From contig JBAZZB010000003.1 in NCBI GenBank assembly GCA_041659045.1, positions 28,212 to 92,211 on the forward strand: a DNA stretch of 64,000 nucleotides, in the 5' to 3' direction. The stretch comes from Patescibacteria group bacterium. GTDB taxonomy: Bacteria; Patescibacteriota; Patescibacteriia; SG8-24; DYFX01. Below are positions 9,808 to 18,220 of this stretch, piece after piece; the stretch's first letter is position 1; every line of letters begins with the position of its first letter. Below the pieces are notes generated by a model. The model worked only from the letters and a program-made list of their open reading frames with translations, had not been told where the DNA came from and ran no database searches. A program made the translations under genes and the position numbers.

Positions 9808-11199
9808 TCAGCCGACAGAACCTTCCATTTCGAGTTCGATCAGCTTGTTGAGCTCCACCGCGTATTCGAGTGGCAGCGACTTGATGATCGGCTCGACGAA
9901 GCCGCTCACGATCATGCGCATGGCCGCGTCCTGCGAGAGGCCGCGCGACATGAGGTAGAACAACTCTTCCTCGCCGATCTTGCCGACCGTCGCTTCGTGT
10001 GCGACATCGACTTTATCGGTCGTGATTTTCATGAACGGATACGTGTTCGAAACCGAACCATCATCGATCAAGAGCGCATCGCACGCCACGCTCGACTTTG
10101 AGCCTTCTGCGGCCGACGTCGCGCTGACATAGCCGCGATACGAAGAAATGCCGCCGCCTTTCGAGATGCTCTTGGCGCGGATCGTGCTCGTCGTGTTCGG
10201 CGCGGCGTGAATCACTTTCGAACCGGTGTCCTGATTCTGTCCGGGACCAGCAAAAGCAACGCCGAGTGAATGCGACTGCGAACCTTCGCCGCGCAAAATC
10301 GAGCACGGATAGAGCATCGTGACGCCCGAGCCCATGTTGCCGTTCACCCATTCGACGATGCCGTTCTTGTCGACAACCGCGCGCTTGGTGTTCAAGTTGT
10401 AAGTGTTCTTGCTCCAGTTCTCGACGCTTGAATAACGAATGCGCGCGCCTTCGTGCACATGGAGTTCTACGCAACCAGCGTGAATCGAACTCGCGTTGTA
10501 GCGAGGTGCCGAGCAACCTTCGATGTACTGCACCTCCGAGCCTTCGTCGGCAATGATCAGCGTGTGCTCGAACTGACCGCCGCGTTCGGCGTTCATACGG
10601 AAGTAGGCTTGAAGCGGAACGTTCACCTTCACGCCCTTCGGCACATAGATGAAGGTGCCGCCGCTCCAGACCGCCGCGTGCAGCATGATGAACTTATGAT
10701 CGTGCGGCGGGATACAATCCGTCATGAAGTATTTCTTCACGAGCTCCGGATATTTCCGGACGGCTTCATCCATGTTCTCGAAGATGACGCCCTTCTCCTC
10801 CCATTCTTTTTTCAAATTGTGGTAGACGACTTCGGAGTCGTACTGCGCGCCCACACCCGAAAGCGAGTGGCGTTCCGCTTCAGGAATGCCGAGTTTCTCG
10901 AACGTCTCGCGAATCTTGTCCGGCACCGTCGCCCACGACTGCGATTCTTCCGCGTCGGGACGCACGAAATACGTGATCTGCTCGAGATCGAGTTTCGAAA
11001 GGTCAGGCCCCCACGAAGGCGTCGGCGTGCGCTTGAACATCTCGAACGCTTTGAGACGCAGCTTCAGCATCCAATCCGGTTCATTCTTTGACGCCGAAAT
11101 TTCTCGAACCACTTCTTCAGTGAGTCCGAGTTCTGCTGTATGGCGCGTTACGCCTTCGGCTGCTTTGTCGTAGATGTCGCGAAAATCTTTATCGGCCAT
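9808..11199 (-). CDS. sufB: Fe-S cluster assembly protein SufB
   Basis: Full-length SufB signature including ...HEATVGKIGEEELFYLMSRGL.... Start at M19 (MADKDF), 1 nt after the rrf2 stop. Confidence 0.9.
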   Translation of the reverse strand: MADKDFRDIYDKAAEGVTRHTAELGLTEEVVREISASKNEPDWMLKLRLKAFEMFKRTPTPSWGPDLSKLDLEQITYFVRPDAEESQSWATVPDKIRETFEKLGIPEAERHSLSGVGAQYDSEVVYHNLKKEWEEKGVIFENMDEAVRKYPELVKKYFMTDCIPPHDHKFIMLHAAVWSGGTFIYVPKGVKVNVPLQAYFRMNAERGGQFEHTLIIADEGSEVQYIEGCSAPRYNASSIHAGCVELHVHEGARIRYSSVENWSKNTYNLNTKRAVVDKNGIVEWVNGNMGSGVTMLYPCSILRGEGSQSHSLGVAFAGPGQNQDTGSKVIHAAPNTTSTIRAKSISKGGGISSYRGYVSATSAAEGSKSSVACDALLIDDGSVSNTYPFMKITTDKVDVAHEATVGKIGEEELFYLMSRGLSQDAAMRMIVSGFVEPIIKSLPLEYAVELNKLIELEMEGSVG

Positions 11200-11200
11200 A

Positions 11201-11626
11201 TCACTTCGCCACCCCACTCCGCCCTGCGGGCTCCGCGGGGCAAGCGTCGGCAATCGTCGTATTCATAAGCGTCGCCATGACCTGACCCTGCACTTTCGTG
11301 AGGATGCCCGAGTCATGATGATGCGTGAGCGCCGTACACGCTTCGCGTTCCATCGGACCTTCGACGGCGTTCATCACCTCGGCGACCGTCAGCGTTTTCG
11401 CGTCGCGCACCAAGCGATAGCCGCCTGTCGCGCCGCGCACGCCTTCGATCATCTTGGCCCGACGCAATTCACCCGCAACCTCCTCCAAGAACTTACGCGA
11501 CTCCCCACTCTTCTTCGCTACCTCTTCAATCGAAAGAGGCCCCGCATCCTGAGGACGCTGGGCGAGTTCCGAAACGAGGAGAAGGCCGAGCTGGGCCTTG
11601 CGAGTGACTTTAAGAAGGGATTTCAC
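11201..11626 (-). CDS. Rrf2-family transcriptional regulator (IscR/SufR-like)
   Basis: The N-terminus from a GTG at about 11626 (V)KSLLKVTRKAQLGLLLVSELAQ matches the Rrf2 HTH start (cf. MKLSTKGRYA). AGGAA lies 3-4 nt upstream. The track's ATG at 11659 would add 11 aa and consume the promoter. Confidence 0.7.
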   Translation of the reverse strand: MKSLLKVTRKAQLGLLLVSELAQRPQDAGPLSIEEVAKKSGESRKFLEEVAGELRRAKMIEGVRGATGGYRLVRDAKTLTVAEVMNAVEGPMEREACTALTHHHDSGILTKVQGQVMATLMNTTIADACPAEPAGRSGVAK

Positions 11627-11649
11627 AATTCCTAGTATTCTACTGGGAA

Positions 11650-11678
11650 TTAATACCATAGCCGCAAAATACGGTCAA
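11650..11678 (-). promoter_or_regulatory. candidate sigma70-type promoter for rrf2-suf, overlapped by an imperfect inverted repeat
   Basis: Reverse strand reads TTGACC-N17-TATTAA. The -10 and TSS region is overlapped by the inverted repeat TAGTATT-N12-AATACCA (about 11633-11658). Confidence 0.35.
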
Positions 11679-11693
11679 GAGTACCGCTAAACC

Positions 11694-11723
11694 ATTGACA
11701 AAACCGTATTCCCCTGCTATTCT
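11694..11723 (+). promoter_or_regulatory. candidate sigma70-type promoter for the 11818-13049 cassette
   Basis: TTGACA-N17-TATTCT, about 90 nt upstream of the ATG at 11818. Back-to-back with the rrf2 promoter. Confidence 0.35.
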
Positions 11724-11817
11724 TCTCAGTCCGAAATCCACCTCGTATGAGGGGGTCGGCCGCAAGGCTCAGGGGTCGTTTCTGCCCGTCAGAGACATTC
11801 GAGCTAGGAGGTGCCGT

Positions 11818-12165
11818 ATGGCACAAGAAAAGGTTACGTTCGACGTTCTCCAAGGTCCTTCGAAGGGAGACCTGCAAACCGCAGTGTTCCACGGAAAGTC
11901 CGAAGAGCAGCTCCGGGTCCGGTTCAAGATCAAGGCAACGCAGGAGACGACCAAAAAGTCTCATCTCCGCCAAGATCTCCGTCTGGCCACGCTCTTCTTG
12001 AAGGCTCGCCTCCAGGGGGCCGTGCGTGCCGATGGTTCCGGTGAGAACTGGGTGATCAACGGCATGCTCTACCTCGACGATGTGGAGACCGCCTTCTCTG
12101 GCACGTACAGCACCCAGCGCCGCACCGGATTCTTCACCCTCACGTTCGAAGGAGTCGCTCCATGA
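11818..12165 (+). CDS. hypothetical protein, about 115 aa
   Basis: AGGAGG 6 nt upstream of ATG 11818 (MAQEKVTFDVLQGPSKGDLQ...). The track's longer ORF from 11695 lacks an RBS. High GC at third codon positions. Confidence 0.5.
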   Translation: MAQEKVTFDVLQGPSKGDLQTAVFHGKSEEQLRVRFKIKATQETTKKSHLRQDLRLATLFLKARLQGAVRADGSGENWVINGMLYLDDVETAFSGTYSTQRRTGFFTLTFEGVAP

Positions 12166-12605
12166 TCCAACGCGTTCTTTCCTACGTCTGCCTCTCCCTC
12201 GCCACCGCACTCCTCCTCTCCGTGCTCGTCAACGACTGCGGTGACGAAGTTGCCGACGGCAGGCGCGAGCGCAACACGCTCGTCTCCCGGATCGCCGGCA
12301 TCGAGCGTTACTACCACTGCGAGCACACGGAGACCGTCTACCACGATGGCGACGGCGTCCTGGAAGAGCGAGGATACGAATGGGTCTGGGTCTGCGACGA
12401 TGCACCCACCCTGATGCCGAAGAACGGCACCTACGTACCGCTCTCTACGGAGACGATCACACAGAGCCACTGGCTCCGCACGGTCGCGACGATCGAAACC
12501 TGGCACGAAGGCGTCCTCGGAGGCCTTCTCGCCGTGATCGGTCTCATCCTGCTCGTGCGTTCGTTGCCACCTCTTCCACCGAAGCCCGACACGCCTCTCC
12601 CCTAG
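12162..12605 (+). CDS. hypothetical secreted/membrane-anchored protein, 147 aa
   Basis: ATGA overlap with the upstream gene. N-terminal hydrophobic signal (LSYVCLSLATALLLSVLVNDCGDE), C-terminal hydrophobic segment and Pro-rich tail. Third codon positions almost all G/C. Confidence 0.5.
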   Translation: MIQRVLSYVCLSLATALLLSVLVNDCGDEVADGRRERNTLVSRIAGIERYYHCEHTETVYHDGDGVLEERGYEWVWVCDDAPTLMPKNGTYVPLSTETITQSHWLRTVATIETWHEGVLGGLLAVIGLILLVRSLPPLPPKPDTPLP

Positions 12606-12701
12606 CCTCCGCGCACCCGCGCACGAAGAGCATTCCTCGCTCTCGTGTCGGGTGCTCTTTGTTTTCAAAAATTTTGTCGTATACTCGGTGCGGAGGTACC
12701 T

Positions 12702-13049
12702 ATGGAATCCTGGCACTTGGACCTGTTGGCCAAAGCACGACTGCCGAGCGATCTCAATCGGCTGATCGGTCAAACTGTCGAGTATGCTTGTCGCTTGGAC
12801 GGTAGCGACAAGCACTCGCGCATCATCCGCGGCGTCGCTTTCGGCGGAATTCCTGACGACAAGCCGATCGATCCCGGCGATCGTATCGATGCAACACTGT
12901 TTCTGATCCTCTCAGATGATGGGCCTTCGCGTGAGTCGCAAGAACTCTTTCCCTCACTCGCCTTCGACGGCGCGCGTTGGACGCTCTATGCAAAAGACCC
13001 GCTGAACACCGAAATACACTATGCAGTCGTCTCTATCCGTTTCCCGTGA
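12702..13049 (+). CDS. hypothetical protein, about 115 aa
   Basis: GGAGG 5 nt upstream of ATG 12702 (MESWHLDLLAKARLPSD...). Ends inside the terminator hairpin. Confidence 0.5.
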   Translation: MESWHLDLLAKARLPSDLNRLIGQTVEYACRLDGSDKHSRIIRGVAFGGIPDDKPIDPGDRIDATLFLILSDDGPSRESQELFPSLAFDGARWTLYAKDPLNTEIHYAVVSIRFP

Positions 13050-13067
13050 CTTCGTCACGGGTTTTTC
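13043..13067 (+). terminator. intrinsic terminator
   Basis: CCCGTGAC-ttc-GTCACGGG followed by TTTTT. The stop codon lies in the 5' arm. Confidence 0.6.
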
Positions 13068-13545
13068 ATAAAAAATGACGCGGACAGAGTCCGCGCCGAG
13101 GTGGGGGTTCAGTGTGTCCGATCATCCGTAGCTCGGATGTCGAACGGGTGCGATCAGTGATCGCGGGGGTTGGCGGCCTTCACGAGGCTCAGCCGCAGCA
13201 GACGCGACCCCATCGCACCCGGCGCCGACCGATCACATGGTCTCGGTCGAGCCGCCGACGCCGGCGCCGATGCCGGTGTTGGTTGAGGTGTCGCTATCAC
13301 GGGCGTCGTCGTTGACCCCGAGGTTCCACTTGATGTGGGTGGGGTGCTTCGGCACCATGGACGGATGGATCTTCATCGTTGCGAGCCTCCATGAGGAGTT
13401 GCGTCACGACCCAACGCGGGCCGCTTCGGAATCCAAGCTATCAAAACTTTTTAAGGTCGTCAAGGGGAATACCCGGCAACCTTGCTTGTTTTCGGCCTTT
13501 TCGCTATAGTAGCCCTCGTAATCAACTTTCCGAGATCGGCCCCCA

Positions 13546-14097
13546 ATGCGTATTCACCCGAAAAAATTCCGCCGCCCCGTCGACGTCGCGCCGCTCTATC
13601 GGGCCAACTTGCAAATCCAGGCACCCGAAGTTCGCGTCATCGATGAAAACGGTGTGAACCTGGGGGTCCTTCCGACGGCACAAGCCGCCGCGACGGCGCA
13701 GGAACGCGGCTACGACCTCGTCGAGGTCGACCCGCGACCGCAGCCGCCGATCTGCAAGATCCTGAACCTCGGCCAATTCAAGTACGAACGCGAGCGCGAG
13801 ATGCGTAAGCAAAAGGCCAAGGCCAAGCAGGTCGAAGTCAAAGGCATCCGCCTCTCCCCGCGCATCGGAGCGCACGACCGCGAGACGCGTATGAGGCTCG
13901 CCGAACGCTTCCTCGAAGAGGGAGATAAGCTCAGAATCGAGATTATCTTGCGAGGTCGCGAGAAGGCCCACGCCGAACTGGCGAAAGGGGTCATCCAGAA
14001 CTTCGTGAAGTCGCTGCAAGAGAAATTCCCTTTGAATATCGAGCAAGCGATCGCCGTTCAAGGAGGCCAGTTGACAATGATCGTTGGAAAGAAGTAA
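13546..14097 (+). CDS. infC: translation initiation factor IF-3
   Basis: ...NLQIQAPEVRVIDENGVNLGVLPTAQA...DLVEVDP..PPICKILNLGQFKYE... and the C-terminal domain. No SD before ATG 13546; infC genes often use non-canonical starts, so the true start is uncertain. Confidence 0.85.
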   Translation: MRIHPKKFRRPVDVAPLYRANLQIQAPEVRVIDENGVNLGVLPTAQAAATAQERGYDLVEVDPRPQPPICKILNLGQFKYEREREMRKQKAKAKQVEVKGIRLSPRIGAHDRETRMRLAERFLEEGDKLRIEIILRGREKAHAELAKGVIQNFVKSLQEKFPLNIEQAIAVQGGQLTMIVGKK

Positions 14098-14109
14098 ACT
14101 ACGCCCGCT

Positions 14110-14310
14110 ATGAAAGCCAAAACGAAGAAGGCCTTCGCCAAGCGCATCAAAGTCACCAAAAACGGGAAACTTTTGAAGCGCGCCGCCGGCCAGGATCACT
14201 TTAATGCCCGTGATACGGGCACGCAGACCAAGCGCAAGCGCCGGGACACCAATATGTCGGAGTCCTACCGCCACTCGCTCAAGAGCCTGCTTCCTCACCA
14301 CAACGTCTAA
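14110..14310 (+). CDS. rpmI: 50S ribosomal protein L35
   Basis: MKAKTKKAFAKRIKVTKNGKLLKRAAGQDHF... is a canonical bL35. Confidence 0.9.
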   Translation: MKAKTKKAFAKRIKVTKNGKLLKRAAGQDHFNARDTGTQTKRKRRDTNMSESYRHSLKSLLPHHNV

Positions 14311-14313
14311 TCT

Positions 14314-14673
14314 ATGCCGCGCGTCAAACGAGGTCTCGTCCGCGCCCGCAAGCGCGCCCGCATCTTGAAAAAGACGAAGGGCATGATGTGGGGCCGCAAG
14401 AGCAAGATCAAACTTGCTAAAACCGCCGCCACCAAGGCTGGCGCCTATGCCTACCGCGACCGCCGCACCAAGAAGCGCGTCATGCGCTCTCTCTGGCTCC
14501 TGCGTATGAACGCGGGTCTCCGCGAACTCGGACTGTCCTACAGCAAGTTCGCAGGCATGCTCAAGAAGGCTAAAATCGGCCTCGACCGCAAGGTTCTCTC
14601 CGATTTGGCCGCCAACCACCCCGAAATCTTCAAGGCTTTGGTCGAAACGACCGTCAAATTGGCCTCGAAATAA
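14314..14673 (+). CDS. rplT: 50S ribosomal protein L20
   Basis: MPRVKRGLVRARKRARILKKTKG...YRDRRTKKR... is a canonical bL20. Confidence 0.9.
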   Translation: MPRVKRGLVRARKRARILKKTKGMMWGRKSKIKLAKTAATKAGAYAYRDRRTKKRVMRSLWLLRMNAGLRELGLSYSKFAGMLKKAKIGLDRKVLSDLAANHPEIFKALVETTVKLASK

Positions 14674-14686
14674 GATCAAATCAAGA

Positions 14687-14720
14687 AAGTCAGGGCGACC
14701 CCAAAAGCCTTGACTTTTTT
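14687..14720 (+). terminator. intrinsic terminator after rplT
   Basis: 8-bp stem GTCAGGGC/GCCTTGAC with one G-U wobble, 10-nt loop, then TTTTTTG. Confidence 0.6.
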
Positions 14721-14847
14721 GCTATTTTGTGATATCTTGGCGTGTCCCTACAACGTAGGGTCCAGCCGTCAAATGGGCGGTTGCCAGCCATTTCATAACC
14801 ACGTCCGTTAACCCGTTCCTTTTAACCATCGACCCAGGAGGTGGCCC

Positions 14848-16329
14848 ATGAGCCACGACGACGGAAAATGCCCTGACTGCAACGGAGATTGGTCGACGCA
14901 CACCCTGTGCGTCAACGACCTCGGCGAGCTGTACGGGGACTGCGAACGCAACCCCGATGACGGCATCGACCCCTACATGAAGCTGTACTGGGACCACGCC
15001 CTGTTGAAGGAGCAGATCGAGAAGATCCGCTCCGGCAACACCGAAGAGATCGACCGGCTCAAGCGTGAGCACGGCACCGAGCTCGACGGCCAGAAGCAGC
15101 AGCTGCAGCAGCTGCGCACCGAACTGCAGAGCGCGAATGCGCGCGTCCGCAGCGTCGACGCGATCGTGAAGTCCGAGACCGCGCGCGTTCAGAGTGTGCT
15201 CGAGGAGGCTCACAAGGCCGCACTCGACACTCGCCTGAAGGCGCTCGAGCAGGCTCACGAGACCGTGCTCCAGGGTCGTCAGACGGTGCTCGACGAGCTC
15301 CAGAACCGGTACGACTCGCTCACGACGCTCCTTCGGGCAACCGAAGACAACGTCGGCGCGCGTGACAACCGGATCGCCGAGCTCGATGCGAACCTCACCG
15401 CCCAACGGCTGGGGTTCGACACGGAGCGGAACGCTCTCGAGTCGCGCTACCGCGAACTGGACGATCGGTTCACGATCGAGGTCAACTCGCGTGTCCAGGC
15501 AGAAGATGCCAGGAGCACGGCCGAGTCCGCCAAGGACAAGGCCGAGCGCCATGCTCGCCTCGCACTGAGCGAGGAGGAGATGGCCAAGAGCGAGCTGAAG
15601 TGCGTGGCGGCAGAGCTCAAGGAGCTCAAGTCGATGCTCGCGCAGCTGGGTGGCGCTGACAGCATTCGCATGCTGAAGGTGATCCAGTGGTACGAGCACA
15701 TGCACGGACCGATCCCGCAGGACGTCGAGATGCAAATTCTCGCCGGCCTCGAGGTTGTTCCGAGCACGGAGTCCGCCGTTTCGGAGGTCCTGTCGGCGTC
15801 TGCTGACGACGCTGTCGTCTCGCAGCTCGACGACTCGACCAACGAAGGCTCCGTCGTTTCGGACTCGCAGCTGGCTTCATCGACGGAACCCGTCGCCGAA
15901 GCCCAGATCGAGAACGAGGCGAATACCGGGAACGGCGAAGTCGGTGCGACCACCGACCCGGTGATCGAGCTCAGCCTGCACAGCTCGCGCATCGTCGGAA
16001 GCGTTGATGACATCATCGCTGAGCTCGACGCGCAGTCGAACAGCGATGGAGCGCAAGCGCCGATGCAGTGCGAGTCGCCCGAAGGGTGCACGAACGGCGC
16101 GACCAAGGTCGCTACGCTCAAGTTCCCGGACGGTACCGAGCTCGAAGTGCCGGCGTGCAACGCGTGCGCGGCGCATCCGGCGCCCTTTCTGCCGGCACTG
16201 TACGGAAACGGCATTCAGCTCGACGAGGACGAGCTGAGGGACCTGTTCATCAACATCGATCCGGACGACAACATCCTCACGTCCTCAACCCACAACCAGC
16301 CCGCACAGGAGGCTTCGCACCATGCCTAG
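14848..16329 (+). CDS. coiled-coil protein with N- and C-terminal Cys4 zinc-ribbon-like motifs, 493 aa
   Basis: N-terminal CPDC...HTLC, about 300 aa with strong heptad/coiled-coil character, acidic Ser-rich linker, C-terminal C-x5-C...C-x2-C. GGAGG before the ATG. Third codon positions almost uniformly G/C. Confidence 0.6.
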   Translation: MSHDDGKCPDCNGDWSTHTLCVNDLGELYGDCERNPDDGIDPYMKLYWDHALLKEQIEKIRSGNTEEIDRLKREHGTELDGQKQQLQQLRTELQSANARVRSVDAIVKSETARVQSVLEEAHKAALDTRLKALEQAHETVLQGRQTVLDELQNRYDSLTTLLRATEDNVGARDNRIAELDANLTAQRLGFDTERNALESRYRELDDRFTIEVNSRVQAEDARSTAESAKDKAERHARLALSEEEMAKSELKCVAAELKELKSMLAQLGGADSIRMLKVIQWYEHMHGPIPQDVEMQILAGLEVVPSTESAVSEVLSASADDAVVSQLDDSTNEGSVVSDSQLASSTEPVAEAQIENEANTGNGEVGATTDPVIELSLHSSRIVGSVDDIIAELDAQSNSDGAQAPMQCESPEGCTNGATKVATLKFPDGTELEVPACNACAAHPAPFLPALYGNGIQLDEDELRDLFINIDPDDNILTSSTHNQPAQEASHHA

Positions 16330-16759
16330 CATGACCTCACTCCGCTCGTCCGCCCCCAAGACGAAGACCAAGGCCGGTTCCGGACGCCACACGATCATCT
16401 GGATCGTCGGCGCCATGATCGTCGCGATTCTGGCCTTCATCGGCCTGAAGAGCTTCATCTGGAGCCCGGACCAGGCCGCGAACGCGACCCAGACCATCAC
16501 GGACCGCAACAACGGCACCGCGGAGGCCCCCAGCCCGAAGAACAACATCTACTGCACGACCCACGCCGACGACCCCGATCCGTTCCCTTCGTGGTACTGC
16601 TCGGAGTTCCGCGACTGGGCCCAGAAGATCGAGACTCGCGAGTCGGGGTCGAGCAACACCCTGCTCTGGATCGCCGTCGCGATCCTCACACTCCTGAACC
16701 TCTTCACCTTGTCGCTCGTCGCCAAGAAGAAGGATGGAGTTCCACCCACAACCCCCTAA
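16322..16759 (+). CDS. small membrane protein with two predicted TM helices, 145 aa
   Basis: Overlaps the upstream gene by 8 nt (ATGCCTAG). Hydrophobic segments IIWIVGAMIVAILAFIGL and LLWIAVAILTLLNLFTLSLVA. Confidence 0.55.
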   Translation: MPSMTSLRSSAPKTKTKAGSGRHTIIWIVGAMIVAILAFIGLKSFIWSPDQAANATQTITDRNNGTAEAPSPKNNIYCTTHADDPDPFPSWYCSEFRDWAQKIETRESGSSNTLLWIAVAILTLLNLFTLSLVAKKKDGVPPTTP

Positions 16760-16777
16760 CCCCACCTCAGCTCAGAA

Positions 16778-16815
16778 GTCCGGTGTGTCGCAAGACGCAC
16801 CGGACCTATTTTTTT
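16778..16815. terminator. strong bidirectional intrinsic terminator
   Basis: GTCCGGTG...CACCGGAC outer stem, extended inner pairing closed by a GCAA tetraloop, then CTATTTTTTT. Shared by the convergent genes 16322-16759 (+) and 16814-18220 (-). Confidence 0.65.
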
Positions 16816-18220
16816 ATTCAAAAATGATGGACTCGGGTGCCGTGACAAAACCTTGCGCTGGCGAGCCGGAGCGGACAATCGATTGCGCATCGGCCCAGGC
16901 ATAGCCACAGCGCTGACCGGCGAGGTCATACAGCGCATACACGGCTTTGCCACCCAGTTCACGACTGAGCGGATCAAACGCACGATAACCGACCAACGCA
17001 CCATCCGTATTCGTGACGGCTCGACAACGAAGCGCGCGTCCACGCTTGCCATAACAGAGAATGGCCGCAGGGCGCTTCCCGTGAGGCGCAGCGCGTAACA
17101 GCGCGTCACCAGGACGAAAGGCGTCCGTACGAAGCTCAGCAGACTCAATTCCCAATGCTTCCGAAAATGAAACCGTCTCGGCGTCGGGATGAGCGCGCAG
17201 TGTCTCCGCAAGAGCTTCGGCCATCAAGCGTTCCGCTTCGGCCGAGCGTGGATCATTCGCGTGTCGTTCCAAGGCATCCGCAGCGTCCGAAGCCGCGACG
17301 TGTGAGAAGCGTTCGTGCCAACGTTCAGGCAAACGAAACGCAACCGTTGAAGCCGCCTGTTGTTGCGGCACGTACGGCGCACTGCTCCCCCGCCCGGTAA
17401 CCGCGCCGGCGGCTGCGGCTCCAAACCGACGCACGGCCTCGGCATCGTATCCATCCCAAAGTCCGAGTCGCACGCCATTCTGCTCTTGCACAGCATTTTT
17501 CAACGCCGTGAGAGCAGATGTTTCTTTCTTGGGTTCGGACGGTTCCGAACGCACCAAAGACGACGCCGCCGCACCCAAAGCCAAGGCAATCGAACGATGT
17601 TGATCGTGCGCGCAAAGCTCCTCTCCTTTCAACACGACCGCCGCCGCGAGTGTGCGCAGTGCCGCTCCTTCGCGAGAATCTCCATGTGCGCGAGCGTTTC
17701 CGGCAAAATGCCCAAGCAGCGCGTGAAGCTTTTTTTCCCAAATAGACACGCCGCCGTTCTCGCGTCGAAGCGCTTCTTGCCGAACTTCCGCTTCAGGAGT
17801 CAGCACTTCACGAAGTGCCAGGATCAATGCCTTGGCAACAGCCGCATCAGCGCGGTCATGCGTCTGAGGCGGTACGCGAGGCACAGAAGCCGGCGCAAAC
17901 GAGCCAAGAACTCGAACAGGAGTCCAAACACCGCGCTTCAAAAGTTCTTCAGAAGCCGCCGCGCGCTCACGCCAATCCCCTCGCGCGTGCAGCAATCGTG
18001 TCTCCACGTCGTCTTCGCTTCTCTCATCATCGAGAAGCGATACGGCGAGGCGCGCGATCCGCTCGCGTTCAAGTCGACCCGCTTCAAACAAGCGCTCACG
18101 GTCCGCGAGACGATCAACGGCGGCACGTAGCGCCGAAAGTAATTCGTCACTGTCATCTGCTTCAACGACACGGATAATGTCCGCATCAGCAAGCAAGCGG
18201 CGTACCGCCTCGGCGTTCAT
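16814..18220 (-). CDS. hypothetical protein, about 468 aa, Ala/Arg-rich
   Basis: Start moved to the ATG forming an ATGA overlap with the upstream stop (MNAEAVRRLL...). No motif recognised. Confidence 0.45.
   Translation of the reverse strand: MNAEAVRRLLADADIIRVVEADDSDELLSALRAAVDRLADRERLFEAGRLERERIARLAVSLLDDERSEDDVETRLLHARGDWRERAAASEELLKRGVWTPVRVLGSFAPASVPRVPPQTHDRADAAVAKALILALREVLTPEAEVRQEALRRENGGVSIWEKKLHALLGHFAGNARAHGDSREGAALRTLAAAVVLKGEELCAHDQHRSIALALGAAASSLVRSEPSEPKKETSALTALKNAVQEQNGVRLGLWDGYDAEAVRRFGAAAAGAVTGRGSSAPYVPQQQAASTVAFRLPERWHERFSHVAASDAADALERHANDPRSAEAERLMAEALAETLRAHPDAETVSFSEALGIESAELRTDAFRPGDALLRAAPHGKRPAAILCYGKRGRALRCRAVTNTDGALVGYRAFDPLSRELGGKAVYALYDLAGQRCGYAWADAQSIVRSGSPAQGFVTAPESIIFE

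Noticed and set aside
11627-11659. ATG at 11659 as the rrf2 start
   Set aside because: The Rrf2 HTH homology begins 11 residues later, at a GTG preceded by AGGAA. The longer form would overlap the predicted promoter and operator.
12657-12690. Promoter for the 12702 gene (-10 TATACT)
   Set aside because: The -10 is good but no acceptable -35 is present, and it would leave a leader of under 10 nt that overlaps the SD. It is more likely co-transcribed from the 11694 promoter.
13522-14679. 385-aa ORF antisense to infC-rpmI-rplT
   Set aside because: It lies opposite three unambiguous, highly conserved genes. The product is low-complexity and Ala/Gly/Arg-rich, typical of a shadow ORF in GC-rich DNA.
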